From a virus, in IMG/VR virus record IMGVR_UViG_3300045131_002463, positions 1-64,000 of that record: DNA of 64,000 nucleotides. One strand, written 5' to 3'. Below, one piece after another: positions 1 to 9,780 of the stretch. The first letter of the stretch is position 1. Each line of letters starts with the position of its first letter. The notes beneath the pieces are model-generated. The model ran no database searches. It was given only the letters and a program-made list of their open reading frames with translations, and had not been told where the DNA came from. The position numbers and the translations under genes are program-made.

Positions 1-116
1 CCGTATGCACGGGATTGCATGCTAGGCGCAGTCCGGTGCTCTGTCCGTTGGTGGACATCGGCACCAATTTCGCATCCGTGCTACCGGTGGCCGTCACACA
101 CAAAAATCGGTAGCAA

Positions 117-362
117 AATCAATAGGTTGGCTCCCCGCCCAACATATCGAAATCACATACGAATCACTAAGTAATTGAATTACTTAATCAATCAATGTTT
201 CGTAATATCACTATAACATGCTTTTTTAAAACTGGAAAATAAGTTTAATGTAATCAATAACTTGCAAGACAGCTAATCATATCAATAACTTAGCGTTTTT
301 ATTTCTCTTGTAATATCAACAGGTTATCTTTTATTCGACATTTTCCAGCTAAGTTATTGATT
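117..362. promoter_or_regulatory. Cluster of IHF-consensus sites (WATCAA-N4-TTR)
   Basis: Perfect matches at 117-129, 252-264, 280-292, 314-326 (+) and 350-362 (-). Confidence 0.6.
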
Positions 363-368
363 TTAGGC

Positions 369-394
369 AAAAAAAACCGCCCTTTCGGGCGGTT
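369..394 (-). terminator. Rho-independent terminator of the 361-aa ORF
   Basis: AACCGCCC-GAAA-GGGCGGTT followed by a T-run on the minus strand, 25 nt after the stop. Confidence 0.85.
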
Positions 395-418
395 CGGGGA
401 ATCAAGGGTTTATGTCGA

Positions 419-1504
419 CTATCTGAAGGAACCCTTCATAACTTGTCTATCAAGAAGGGATAACCGCTTGACTTCATTGTAGATTTCCAGTGCCTCTCCT
501 TCCAGTCTAGGAATTGGAGTCACTCGTTTCTGAATTTCCTTGCGATTCTGCGCCTTTGACTCCATCTCTTCAATTACTTCATAATATATTGGAGACCCTT
601 CACCTAAGTCTATGAACCTAAGTCGCAGGAACCATTGATTATTTGAACCCTCCTTCTTGAAAGATGTGTGCTCAACCACATCCTCCAGGCATTTCACACG
701 GTTACCTCCAATATTGAGAATTCCTTCAGCCCACGGTCTCACTTTTTGAATTAACCTGACCTTTTTACTGAGAATTTCGCTCATAGGCTTCAACCAAGAT
801 TGAGGCATGAAGCTAGCTTTCTTGGCTAACCCATTGATACCATTGATTTTTTCCTGCTCCTCCTGATCAAGCAATGTCCACTCACGAGACGGTTTATCGT
901 ATCTTATTCGAGACTTATCGGCAAGCTCTGAAAGATAATTCTGAAACATATCTAAGTTACTGAAATCATGACCATAGCTTCCCATGGTCTCCCACTGGGC
1001 CAATCTCTTCAGGTTAAACAGCTCTCTAAGAGCGTTCATAAAAGCCTCGTATGCGAAATTCTTGGTAACTTCCCGATTTCCTTTGGTTTGTTCGGCTGTG
1101 TAGATTGTTGACCATCCACCCAGCTCGTCAAACCTCTTTTGAATCGCAGCCTTAGCCGCAGGACATAAAGTGGTTGAATTGATTAACTCTCTAGCTTTGC
1201 GGATTTGTTCGGTTATTTCTTCCTGCGTGAATCCCTTCGGCTCTTTCTCAATGATAAGAGCAGCTTGCGCAGGAGTTTTACAAAACCCTACAGTCATGTT
1301 AGGTAAGACCACGTTTTTATTGGTCTTTACTTTGAACGTCTCCAAGTGTTTTTGGACTGCTTGAAGCTGCTCTTGAATCTTTGCGGCTAAACTAGCGTTT
1401 TTACCGCATCTTCCGAGATCCGACTTGTAGCGTTTGATCCGGTTCCGACAAAGTGTAGCGTTTTCAAGACCTTCCAAGACTTTCTTCATTTCTCTTTTTG
1501 TCAT
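419..1504 (-). CDS. Hypothetical protein (361 aa, basic, helical)
   Basis: Long ORF with its own sigma70 promoter and terminator; no motif recognised. Confidence 0.8.
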   Translation of the reverse strand: MTKREMKKVLEGLENATLCRNRIKRYKSDLGRCGKNASLAAKIQEQLQAVQKHLETFKVKTNKNVVLPNMTVGFCKTPAQAALIIEKEPKGFTQEEITEQIRKARELINSTTLCPAAKAAIQKRFDELGGWSTIYTAEQTKGNREVTKNFAYEAFMNALRELFNLKRLAQWETMGSYGHDFSNLDMFQNYLSELADKSRIRYDKPSREWTLLDQEEQEKINGINGLAKKASFMPQSWLKPMSEILSKKVRLIQKVRPWAEGILNIGGNRVKCLEDVVEHTSFKKEGSNNQWFLRLRFIDLGEGSPIYYEVIEEMESKAQNRKEIQKRVTPIPRLEGEALEIYNEVKRLSLLDRQVMKGSFR

Positions 1505-1555
1505 TTTCTCTAACCCTTCAAAACTCTTACATTAGTCGTTTACGACCATGAAAAA

Positions 1556-1584
1556 ATTGTAACATATCAGGTATTTAATGTCAA
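1556..1584 (-). promoter_or_regulatory. Sigma70 promoter TTGACA-17-TACAAT
   Basis: Near-consensus boxes about 50 nt upstream of the ATG at 1504. Confidence 0.8.
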
Positions 1585-1659
1585 GCTATAAATAACATTG
1601 GATTTTTTCGCGCTCTTATTAATGCCTTATGTAATATAATTAGAATAGATTAATACAAT

Positions 1660-2460
1660 AATAGATAACCTATTGAATAAGCTAATAGTATAGACTAGGG
1701 CCTGGGCGTGACCGGCTTTGCGTTATATTTTAATAACTTACGTTTTACTTAGATTTTACCATTAAAGTGTTGTGTTACATAGGTTTTATAAGTAGTTGAA
1801 ATCGTTAAAGAAAATAGAACACGGTATTACCTGCTAATAACCATTATTTATTAATAATCATTCTCCTTAAGCCAATTTGTGCAATGATAACAATAGCTTA
1901 CTTACTAGGAATGGTTACTATTTAACCTTTTCTTTAATAATTTCAGTAACTTAGCTATCTCTCAGTATTCTATTTTAAGATAAGACCGCCCAGCCACGCT
2001 TCTTCAATGATTTCAGTAACTTGCCCAGCTTCTGTGATCCTCTCCTTGAGCTTTATTCCACTTACAGTCAATAGTTAAAGTAACCTTATTTTCACTTAGG
2101 CCAAATAGTTAAAGTAACAGTTAAAGTGATACTTTAAGTTAAGATGTTAGTTGGAAATCTGGCCTATCCTATTGATATTACTAGCTTTATTTATCTCGAT
2201 TTCCTAGAATTTACTTTAACTATACTTCACTAATATGGCCTAAGTCATTGATATTGTTACCTTTGCATAGCTAGAAACAAGGTGATGTGATGGTCGTAAG
2301 TAGTTGAAATCATTGTGCTTTTTAGCTCGCGGGGTGCCGAAGGCGGGGTCCCAGAATCTCCACCCGACATCCACGCACTCCGTAAAATGAGTCTTTTTTG
2401 TTGGTTCAGAAGGCGGGAAATCGTCTCGGTCAAAAAAGTTAAGTAGCTGATATCCTGCGA
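1660..2460. promoter_or_regulatory. AT-rich, largely non-coding region with a second cluster of IHF-like boxes
   Basis: Perfect match at 2241-2253 (-); near matches such as TAAGTAGTTGAAAT (~1789, ~2297), TTTCAGTAACTTR (~1941, ~2011), TAAGTAGCTGATAT (~2440). Confidence 0.45.
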
Positions 2461-2574
2461 TATTTTCTCCCCGCTCTAGGGGTAATATTTTCGATATTTG
2501 CTCTTCAGAAAATTCCAATATTCACTCATTTTTTCCGCAGAGTGAGTAATGGGGCCCTTTCGGGCCCCTGCTCT

Positions 2575-2742
2575 TTAATCTCCACACTGCAGAAGCTTCA
2601 GTCCAAAGAGCCCAAAGCGATTCACTCTCTCAAAATCTCGCTGGGTTATCCATTCCTGCTGCCCCCTGCGTCGGTAACAACCTTCCTCCTTGATGAAGAC
2701 AAATTCTGTTAGTCTAGCAAGTCTCTTAGCATGGTATCTCAT
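2575..2742 (-). CDS. Small early protein (55 aa, MRYHAKRL...LLQCGD), missing from the ORF track
   Basis: AAAGGAGA RBS before the ATG; stop followed by a GGGCCC-GAAA-GGGCCC hairpin. Confidence 0.75.
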   Translation of the reverse strand: MRYHAKRLARLTEFVFIKEEGCYRRRGQQEWITQRDFERVNRFGLFGLKLLQCGD

Positions 2743-2793
2743 TTTGAATCTCCTTTCTGGAAATGAGGGCCCTTTCGGGCCCTCGGGTTAGTC

Positions 2794-3150
2794 TTACATT
2801 CCTATCCAGTTAATACCCTGAGACTCAATGTCTCGAGTATATCTCAACTCGCTCTGGATACGGAGCCTTAGGTGATCAATACCGTCAAGTCTGCGGTAAT
2901 CGCTTTCCAGTCTCTCGCCCTCAACCGCTGGCTTGCAAAAGATGCAAGCAATCTCGCCATTCGGCTTCCTGAACAGTTCACTCCAGCGGAGAATCTGACC
3001 CTTCCGCTGGCCTCCTTCATGCCTGTAAGTGAAGCGGATCAATCTTCCGCTATTGAGTATCCAGTTCATCAAGACTTCCGTCATCACGTTAACAGTCTCT
3101 CCGATGTAGACTTCCATAAATCTGCTGCTGCTTCCGATTCTTTCTCTCAT
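2794..3150 (-). CDS. Early hypothetical protein
   Basis: GAAGGAGA RBS; first gene after the promoter at 3200-3227. Confidence 0.8.
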   Translation of the reverse strand: MRERIGSSSRFMEVYIGETVNVMTEVLMNWILNSGRLIRFTYRHEGGQRKGQILRWSELFRKPNGEIACIFCKPAVEGERLESDYRRLDGIDHLRLRIQSELRYTRDIESQGINWIGM

Positions 3151-3349
3151 AGTAATCTCCTTCTTCTAGTAACTTCAGTGGTTTACCACCATAAAAAATA
3201 GTATATCACATATAAAAAATATGTCAAGAACAATGATTAGTTACGGGGTGGCGAAGCCGGGGTCCTAGATTGACCACCATCCGTCCGAGCACTAGTAGGT
3301 GATGTTGTATTGTGGGGCGAAAAAAAGGCCCCTTTCGGGGCCCGAAGGG

Positions 3350-3685
3350 TTAGTCTATGTTCATTCTCTCGGCCTCAGCGGCGTCTTCCGCTTCCATCTG
3401 CCTCCAGAGATCGCTTTCTTCGAGACCTCTTACTGTAGAGAGAATCTCATCTTTTCTCTCATCATAATACTTATCAGCTAATATAAAGGCCTCAGTCAGT
3501 GTCTCAACCTTTTTCTGCTGCCTCTTCTTGTTAACATAGTCCAGAGAAGTTACAACATAATAAGTCTCACTGGGTTTGAAACAAACATGAGTATTATGCT
3601 CATACACATTTACCTCTACACAAAAACCGTCAAGGGAAAATTTCCACTCCCAAATACACTCGCCTTGTCCTGAATATTTCTCCAT
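3350..3685 (-). CDS. Early hypothetical protein
   Basis: AAAAAGGAGA RBS; ends at terminator. Confidence 0.8.
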   Translation of the reverse strand: MEKYSGQGECIWEWKFSLDGFCVEVNVYEHNTHVCFKPSETYYVVTSLDYVNKKRQQKKVETLTEAFILADKYYDERKDEILSTVRGLEESDLWRQMEAEDAAEAERMNID

Positions 3686-3735
3686 GTTTCATCTCCTTTT
3701 TTTTGAAGAAGGCGGCCCAAAGGCCGCCGGTTGGT

Positions 3736-4005
3736 CTAGCATGCGAAGGCAAAGTCCTCGGCTTTGTAAGACTGCCTTTTCGCATTACGGTTTTCGACAA
3801 AACGTTTTCTGGACTCTGCATCATGGAGCATATCCATAGCGTCCATGACTTTCCCTCTTGCATCGTCCAATGCCTCGAAGAATTCAGAGGCATCGTCCAT
3901 ATACATCTCTAGTTCCTCGATTTCTATTCCGTCTACGGCTTCCGGGCCTTCCATAGCTTCCAGCACTCCCTGAAGCATACTCCATGTCTCTCCCATTGTC
4001 ATCAT
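3736..4005 (-). CDS. Early acidic hypothetical protein
   Basis: AAAAGGAGA RBS; first gene after promoter 4045-4073. Confidence 0.8.
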   Translation of the reverse strand: MMTMGETWSMLQGVLEAMEGPEAVDGIEIEELEMYMDDASEFFEALDDARGKVMDAMDMLHDAESRKRFVENRNAKRQSYKAEDFAFAC

Positions 4006-4192
4006 GTCCTATCTCCTTTTTTCTAACATATTCAACTGTTAATGAGTATAACATAGGCAAAAAATATTGTCAAGAGAAACTATTGGTTACGGGGTGGCGG
4101 AGCCGGGGTCCTAGAAGCTCCACAATCCGTCCGAGCACCTTTTCATTTGCAATCGATTGCAAATGAAAAGGGCCCTTTCGGGCCCAGGGTTG

Positions 4193-4375
4193 TTACCATA
4201 TTTCCTTTTTCCAGTCATTCTCTGGCTTTGGGAGCGGTTTTCCTTCTTCTACCTAAGTGCCGCAGGGCCAAACAGTCGCCTCAACCCTCTCGCCTTTTGT
4301 CGTCCTGGTGAAGTATTGTCCTCTCTTCTTGTAAAGCAGAGGCACTTTCTCGCTGTCTCTCCAAACTTTCTTCAT
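4193..4375 (-). pseudogene. Small early ORF with in-frame TAG at codon 41 (40-aa product, or 60 aa if read through)
   Basis: GAGGAGG RBS; MKKVWRD...WPCGT, TAG at 4253-4255, then 19 more sense codons to TAA next to the terminator. Confidence 0.5.
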
Positions 4376-4419
4376 ATTTCCTCCTCGGGAGAGGGCCCTT
4401 TCGGGCCCCTGTTGTTTTG

Positions 4420-4698
4420 TTATCCCTGTTTATCTGTTCCTATAGCAATTCGATAAGCATATCGCCATGCACTTTCGTAATTTCTCGCGGTATTTCCTCT
4501 CCATGTTTTACTCACAAGTCTTCCAGTGGGGGCTCTATGTATAGTGCTAGAAAAACCCACCGTATTAATTTCCCTAGGATAAAGTTGAACCTTAGCTTCT
4601 CCCACTGATTTTGGAGAATTATCATAATAGGCTCTTATATACACAGTCGGAATACCATAAACCGTCGCACCTTTGTTAATCAATACTCTCATAGTCAT
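4420..4698 (-). CDS. Early hypothetical protein
   Basis: AAAAGGAGA RBS, flanked by hairpins. Confidence 0.75.
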   Translation of the reverse strand: MTMRVLINKGATVYGIPTVYIRAYYDNSPKSVGEAKVQLYPREINTVGFSSTIHRAPTGRLVSKTWRGNTARNYESAWRYAYRIAIGTDKQG

Positions 4699-4740
4699 CT
4701 CCTTTTTTTGGAAGAGGGCGGCCCGAAGGCCGCCGGTTGG

Positions 4741-4929
4741 TTAGATGAGCCACTCACGCTGGGTGACACCCTGGGCCGCCAGTCGGCGAAGCTGGCGGCG
4801 AATCTTCTTCACCTGTTTGTCGGTGAAGGTGTATCCGTTACCGATCATCGACACAATCAAGGGCTTCCGTGGCACGCCAAAGGCGCGCTCGAAAATCTCA
4901 TCTTTCCAGTTTCTCTTGTCCTTTGCCAT
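4741..4929 (-). CDS. Early basic hypothetical protein
   Basis: AAAAGGAGA RBS after promoter 4970-4998. Confidence 0.75.
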   Translation of the reverse strand: MAKDKRNWKDEIFERAFGVPRKPLIVSMIGNGYTFTDKQVKKIRRQLRRLAAQGVTQREWLI

Positions 4930-5129
4930 ACTAAAATCTCCTTTTCTCTAGTATTTCCAACTGTTAATAAGTATAACATAGGTGAATTTTATAGTCAAGA
5001 ACATTATCATGCTACGGGGTGGCGGAGCCGGGGTCCCAGAATCGCCACCATCCGTCCGAGCGCTGGGTCTGTGTGTGAATAGTATGTGGCGCGGAGCCAA
5101 AAGAAAAGGGCCCTTTCGGGCCCTAGTGG

Positions 5130-5339
5130 CTAGTCACCGTATTGGATATTATATCTTCTAAGGCCTCTGTCTATCAGAGCCGACGGAGTGGAAATCCAAT
5201 ACATTCTAAAACAGATTGAAGTGTTAGATTCTCTACCCCATGCGTTCCACCATTCAATACTAGTGGAGTCATCATACATAAACTCTTGTAACCATGACAA
5301 TCTAGATGCTAACCAACAGTGTCTTTGAGAATCAGTCAT
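5130..5339 (-). CDS. Early hypothetical protein ending NIQYGD
   Basis: AAAAGGAGA RBS; ends at terminator. Confidence 0.75.
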   Translation of the reverse strand: MTDSQRHCWLASRLSWLQEFMYDDSTSIEWWNAWGRESNTSICFRMYWISTPSALIDRGLRRYNIQYGD

Positions 5340-5393
5340 TTTGTATCTCCTTTTTTGTTGGAAAGTGGGGCCTTTCGGCCCCGGTTGAATACT

Positions 5394-5588
5394 TTAGCGA
5401 AGCGTCCAGACTGTCCAGCCGCCTGCCTCTAGACGGCGGCGTTCGTCCAGGTAAGAGCCATGAAAACCGTAACGAACATAGTTTTCGCCTTTGGCAAAGA
5501 ATCCGACCATCCGGTCGGAAACGTGAATCTGAGCGACCTTCTGGCCTGCGTCCAGCTGTTCCTGCAGTAAATTCGGATGTGGGTGCAT
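5394..5588 (-). CDS. Early hypothetical protein
   Basis: AAAAGGAGA RBS after promoter 5628-5656. Confidence 0.75.
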   Translation of the reverse strand: MHPHPNLLQEQLDAGQKVAQIHVSDRMVGFFAKGENYVRYGFHGSYLDERRRLEAGGWTVWTLR

Positions 5589-5778
5589 TTTAAGTCTCCT
5601 TTTCCTTTGTATTCTTAACTGTCTATGAGTATACCATGTCTGATTTTTCCTGTCAAATAGTTTGTTGTGTCTCGGGGTGGCGGAGCCGGGGTCCTAGTAT
5701 CGCCACGTTCCGTCCGAGCGCTAGTCGGTGTGTGAATGGTATGTGGCGAAAGGAAAGGGCCCTTTCGGGCCCTGGGAA

Positions 5779-5976
5779 TCAGTCTCCATAGTGGAGGGTC
5801 AGAGGATTCTTGGAAAGGTATTCAAGAGAAGGGCAGGACAGCCAACAGTATTTTTCCCATTCTCGTTCCACTGGATACCAAACATCACCAAAGCATATAG
5901 TTCTGTGAGCAGGATAAGAACGGGCAAATGCCTCGAAAGGCAGCCAGTCATAATTTCCTTCGTAATCGTTCCTCAT
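5779..5976 (-). CDS. Early hypothetical protein ending TLHYGD
   Basis: AAAGGAGA RBS; ends at terminator. Confidence 0.75.
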   Translation of the reverse strand: MRNDYEGNYDWLPFEAFARSYPAHRTICFGDVWYPVEREWEKYCWLSCPSLEYLSKNPLTLHYGD

Positions 5977-6025
5977 TGCAATCTCCTTTCAGATTGTGGC
6001 AGCCCTTTCGGGCTGCCAGTTGATG

Positions 6026-6250
6026 TTAGTCGCCGTGTTGGATGTCAGCGAAGCTATGAGAGGATTCGCCGAAGATAGCCACTGGCTGCCCGTATATCTT
6101 GGAGCGGAAGCCAGCGCCCTGTATATCATACAGAATGTTCGCCCAAGAAAATGAAGTCTGAAACAGGTGTTCCTTCTTGACTAGACGGCTCGACAGCTCA
6201 GCGTGGAAAGTAGGAAATCCAGTTCGAAATCTTGAGTAGCTCTCTCTCAT
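6026..6250 (-). CDS. Early hypothetical protein ending DIQHGD
   Basis: AAAAGGAGA RBS; between two hairpins. Confidence 0.75.
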   Translation of the reverse strand: MRESYSRFRTGFPTFHAELSSRLVKKEHLFQTSFSWANILYDIQGAGFRSKIYGQPVAIFGESSHSFADIQHGD

Positions 6251-6300
6251 CTCGTTTCTCCTTTTAGGTTGTGAGGCCTCTCTCGAGGCCTCGTGGTTGA

Positions 6301-6471
6301 CTACTTACATTTACCGTCGCACTTGCAGAATCCATCTGCCATCATGGTCTGGAACATTTCAGAATTCTGCGTGAATGACCACGCTGCGAAAGCCAGCGCA
6401 TCCTCGTCTCCCGAATACCTGAGAAAATTCTCCATCCAGCACACAAAAAACTTCTTAGCTGAACATTCCAT
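6301..6471 (-). CDS. Early hypothetical protein (start revised to MECSAKK)
   Basis: AAAAGGAGA lies just before the ATG at 6471. Confidence 0.7.
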   Translation of the reverse strand: MECSAKKFFVCWMENFLRYSGDEDALAFAAWSFTQNSEMFQTMMADGFCKCDGKCK

Positions 6472-6667
6472 CTTAGTCTCCTTTTTCCTGTGTATTCTCA
6501 ACTGTTAATAAGTATAACATAGCTGAAATTTATAGTCAAGAGAATAAACACGGCACGGGGTGGCGGAGCCGGGGTCCTAGAATCGCCACGTTCCGTCCGA
6601 GCGCTAGTCTGTGTTTGTGTGGTATGTGGCGCGGAGCCAAAGAAAAGGGCCCTTTCGGGCCCTTCTT

Positions 6668-6997
6668 CTACCTTACCTTGTTTGGAGGCCAGTAACCAAG
6701 GTAGGAATCGCGGTCTGCAAGATAACCAAACACGGTACCCGCAGGAGCAATATCGCTCATTGCTTTCCAGAGGACCGCGAGAAATCTCTCTGGAGCGTTG
6801 AAATCCATGGGGTCCTCGGGGCGGCCCTCAACAGCCCTGTCAAAGGACTGCAAAGTCAACACCTTGTAGAGAAACTCGGAAAGTTTCTCACAAATATCCT
6901 CGAGGTCATTCTTATCGAGGATTTCCCAATACCCTGATCCTTCGCTGTAATTCGAAGGACGTGTTCCAAAACCTTTTCGAAAATTCAATGTGGACAT
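6668..6997 (-). CDS. Early hypothetical protein
   Basis: AAAGGAGG RBS; ends at terminator. Confidence 0.8.
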   Translation of the reverse strand: MSTLNFRKGFGTRPSNYSEGSGYWEILDKNDLEDICEKLSEFLYKVLTLQSFDRAVEGRPEDPMDFNAPERFLAVLWKAMSDIAPAGTVFGYLADRDSYLGYWPPNKVR

Positions 6998-7049
6998 ATT
7001 GTATCCTCCTTTCTGGGAAAGGGCGGCGTGACGCTCGCCGCCGGTTGGT

Positions 7050-7244
7050 TTAGCAGTATTGCTTTTTGAATTTTCGAACTAATCTCTCCAGCTTCTTGTC
7101 GAAGCGAGAGAATGCCCTGATCATGTCGCGCCCTTCCGTTTTGTGGAAGTTTCCGTCGTCCAACACCCTAGCGAGATCGAATCCGCTCTCCAGCATATCC
7201 AGCTCGTCGACTACCCTTAACCTCAAATGTCTTTCTTCTACCAT
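7050..7244 (-). CDS. Early hypothetical protein (start revised to MVEERH)
   Basis: RBS before 7244; the longer ORF call runs through the promoter and repeat. Confidence 0.7.
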   Translation of the reverse strand: MVEERHLRLRVVDELDMLESGFDLARVLDDGNFHKTEGRDMIRAFSRFDKKLERLVRKFKKQYC

Positions 7245-7443
7245 GTTTCGTCTCCTTTTTCCTGTGTATTTCCAACTGTTAATAAGTATAACATAAAGCA
7301 ATTTTCCTGTCAAATAGTTTGTTGTGTTACGGGGTGGCGGAGCCGGGGTCCTAGTATCGCCACCATCCGTCCGAGCGCTGGGTCTGTGTGTCAATGGTAT
7401 GTGGCGCGGAGCCAAAGAAAAGGGCCCTTTCGGGCCCTGAGGA

Positions 7444-7680
7444 TCAGGAGAGGTCTGCGTATTCAGTGGCGCGGTTGGCGAAATTCTCGCTCCCCGTTAT
7501 GGCGAACAGGATTACCGACAATAGCGAACGACGCTCGCGGTAACTCCAGCCAAGGCCCTCTATGTTAAGGGTCGCCACTTCCAACACTCGATCGGCTTCG
7601 TGCCGCATAACCAATATATCCCCATCGCACTGCACCGCCGACCACATATCTTGCATCCATAATACATCATTTTGTCTCAT
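7444..7680 (-). CDS. Early hypothetical protein
   Basis: AAAAGGAGA RBS. Confidence 0.75.
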   Translation of the reverse strand: MRQNDVLWMQDMWSAVQCDGDILVMRHEADRVLEVATLNIEGLGWSYRERRSLLSVILFAITGSENFANRATEYADLS

Positions 7681-7730
7681 CCTAAGTCTCCTTTTTTGGA
7701 AAGCGGGCCCTTTCGGGCCCGGTTGACAGC

Positions 7731-7961
7731 CTAGCTATGGTATCCATATCCATACATCATAGCGTCTCTACGCTCTACGGCGGAGCGTAGTAGCTCCAAA
7801 TACATCTCCGCTACGCCGTAGTCATTAGCGGAGTCAGCGCTCTCATAGCGCTCCCCAAGGGCCTGGATCTCGTCCAGGACTTTCTCGAAATCCGACGCTT
7901 CCGTCGGTCTTCCAAACGCTCCTGCGACTACCCTTGGGCAGTCTGGCTCTATACGTAACAT
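7731..7961 (-). CDS. Early hypothetical protein
   Basis: AAAAGGAGA RBS after promoter 8000-8028. Confidence 0.75.
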   Translation of the reverse strand: MLRIEPDCPRVVAGAFGRPTEASDFEKVLDEIQALGERYESADSANDYGVAEMYLELLRSAVERRDAMMYGYGYHS

Positions 7962-8139
7962 CTCAATCTCCTTTTCTCCAGTATTCTCGACTGTTTAAGA
8001 GTATACCATAGGTGATTTTTATTGTCAAATAGTTTGTGAGGTCTCGGGGTGGCGGAGCCGGGGTCCTAGTAGTGCCACTAGGCATCCGAGCGCCACCGGC
8101 ACGCTCGGAAGGAAAAAAAGGGCCCTTTCGGGCCCTCCC

Positions 8140-8328
8140 CTAGGAGGAAATTCCAGATATCAGGAATTTTCCTTCAGGGGTGATTTGGATAGCCGCCACG
8201 AAACGGCGATCCTCTTGGAAAGTTAGTGTGACAGCATTGAACTCTGTCACTTTCGCTCCCTGCGTTAACAGGGAGTTGTAAAACGCTTGTGCTTCCACAA
8301 GCGTCGTTATTTGTTGGTTTAATGCCAT
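8140..8328 (-). CDS. Early hypothetical protein (start revised to MALNQQ)
   Basis: AAAGGAGG RBS before 8328. Confidence 0.7.
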   Translation of the reverse strand: MALNQQITTLVEAQAFYNSLLTQGAKVTEFNAVTLTFQEDRRFVAAIQITPEGKFLISGISS

Positions 8329-8378
8329 TTTAGCCTCCTTTCGGGGTTGTGGGAGCGTGACGCTCGCTCCCGGGGTTG

Positions 8379-8633
8379 TTAGTCCTTGAGTCTCCAAGAC
8401 TCAAGATTTCCATCATGGAGCATACCCTTCAGGTATGCTACAGTGAACTGCGACAGCGGGATAGACGTCTCTTCGTCCATTAGCTCCCTACCGCAGTCAT
8501 CCTGCTTTACGAAACGGATGACGGGAGTGAAGAAGGTCTCCACAAACACTCTCGTCGTTGTTCCGTCGGAATACTGCAGATAGAGCATTCCGAGATCCCC
8601 AACTATCCTCTCAAAAACCTCAATAATCTTCAT
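8379..8633 (-). CDS. Early hypothetical protein
   Basis: AAAGGAGA RBS after promoter 8664-8692. Confidence 0.75.
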   Translation of the reverse strand: MKIIEVFERIVGDLGMLYLQYSDGTTTRVFVETFFTPVIRFVKQDDCGRELMDEETSIPLSQFTVAYLKGMLHDGNLESWRLKD

Positions 8634-8824
8634 TATTTATCTCCTTTCCTTCAACGTAAATACAGTATATCATAGGTAAATTTTATAGTCAAGAGAAAGT
8701 ATTCGTTACGGGGTGGCGGAGCCGGGGTCCTAGAATCGCCACGTTCCGTCCGAGCACTGGTCTGTGTGTGAATGGTATGTGGCGCGGAGCCAAAGAAAAG
8801 GGCCCTTTCGGGCCCAGGTGGAGG

Positions 8825-9073
8825 TCACTCCATAAGAGTCTCATGAATCTCTCTCCACCTTTCCTCTTGTTGTTCCTCAAAAGCCTCCTTTTCCTTTTCC
8901 TCCCAATATCCAGTCACTGCGTCCTGGATATTCTTGTAATGAGTCCAGGATAAACAACCGGTAAGGTCAGAAAGATACCGGTAATGCAAAGAAGTTTTCC
9001 ACTGCTCTTTTGAGCGACCTGTTCGGATTGCCCAAACAGATACGTTGTCTACTACTATTCTTTCTATCTTCAT
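8825..9073 (-). CDS. Early hypothetical protein
   Basis: AAAAGGAGA RBS; ends at terminator. Confidence 0.75.
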   Translation of the reverse strand: MKIERIVVDNVSVWAIRTGRSKEQWKTSLHYRYLSDLTGCLSWTHYKNIQDAVTGYWEEKEKEAFEEQQEERWREIHETLME

Positions 9074-9192
9074 TTTGAATCTCCTTTTTTTGGTTGAACC
9101 CGGCAGCCTTTGCCAGAGGCTGCCGAGCGATTGTGATGGGATTGTTCCTGGCTCAAAGCGCCGAGCCAGGGAGCGGGCCGTTCGGGGCGGCC

Positions 9193-9432
9193 TTATATCA
9201 TCATGTTATCTTCAAAACAATTGCTGCGTTTGCAACGGCGTTCGAAGATAGCATGAGCGACCTGGAGACATTTGATACCAGTAATGGTATCAAATGGTCG
9301 GTCCATGACCGGCTCTATGGTCGACGTGATGGTGTATCCATCGGCGTCTTTCCATAGCTCCACCTGCGTCCACATATGGCCACAGGCCTTCCAAGTCGCT
9401 TCGTAGTTTGACTTTCCGTCTAGGAATGTCAT
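9193..9432 (-). CDS. Early hypothetical protein
   Basis: AAAGGAGA RBS after promoter 9487-9515. Confidence 0.75.
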   Translation of the reverse strand: MTFLDGKSNYEATWKACGHMWTQVELWKDADGYTITSTIEPVMDRPFDTITGIKCLQVAHAIFERRCKRSNCFEDNMMI

Positions 9433-9655
9433 TCTACGGATCTCCTTTCCTTAATCATTTTAATGAGCTATGCTCAACTGTTAATAAGTATAACATAGGT
9501 GAATTTTAGAGTCAAGAGAATGTTTGTGTCACGGGGTGGCGGAGCCGGGGTCCTAGATTGTCCACTAGGCATCCGAGCGCGACTCCGTGAATCGTTCTGG
9601 GGGAATTTGGCTCTGAAAGAGTGAGCCTTTTTCCGCCGTGCTCAGGGCGTCCACC

Positions 9656-9727
9656 CTAATCCAGAAAGTCTAGGGTGGAGAGAATGATATAGGCAATTCC
9701 AAATAACAACAACGTAATCTTTTCCAT
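9656..9727 (-). CDS. Putative 23-aa hydrophobic peptide (MEKITLLLFGIAYIILSTLDFLD)
   Basis: AAAGGAGA RBS directly after an intra-cassette hairpin; single TM-like stretch. Confidence 0.5.
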   Translation of the reverse strand: MEKITLLLFGIAYIILSTLDFLD

Positions 9728-9780
9728 CTCGAGTCTCCTTTCAAGGTTGTGGGAGCGTGACGCTCGCTCCCGGGGTTGGT

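Noticed and set aside
3736-3775. C-terminus EDFAFAC as an ssrA-like degron
   Set aside because: Single instance, ends in Cys rather than Ala-Ala; resemblance too weak
4253-4255. Genome-wide TAG recoding
   Set aside because: Long genes are intact under code 11, TAG ends several genes right before hairpins, and no suppressor tRNA was seen
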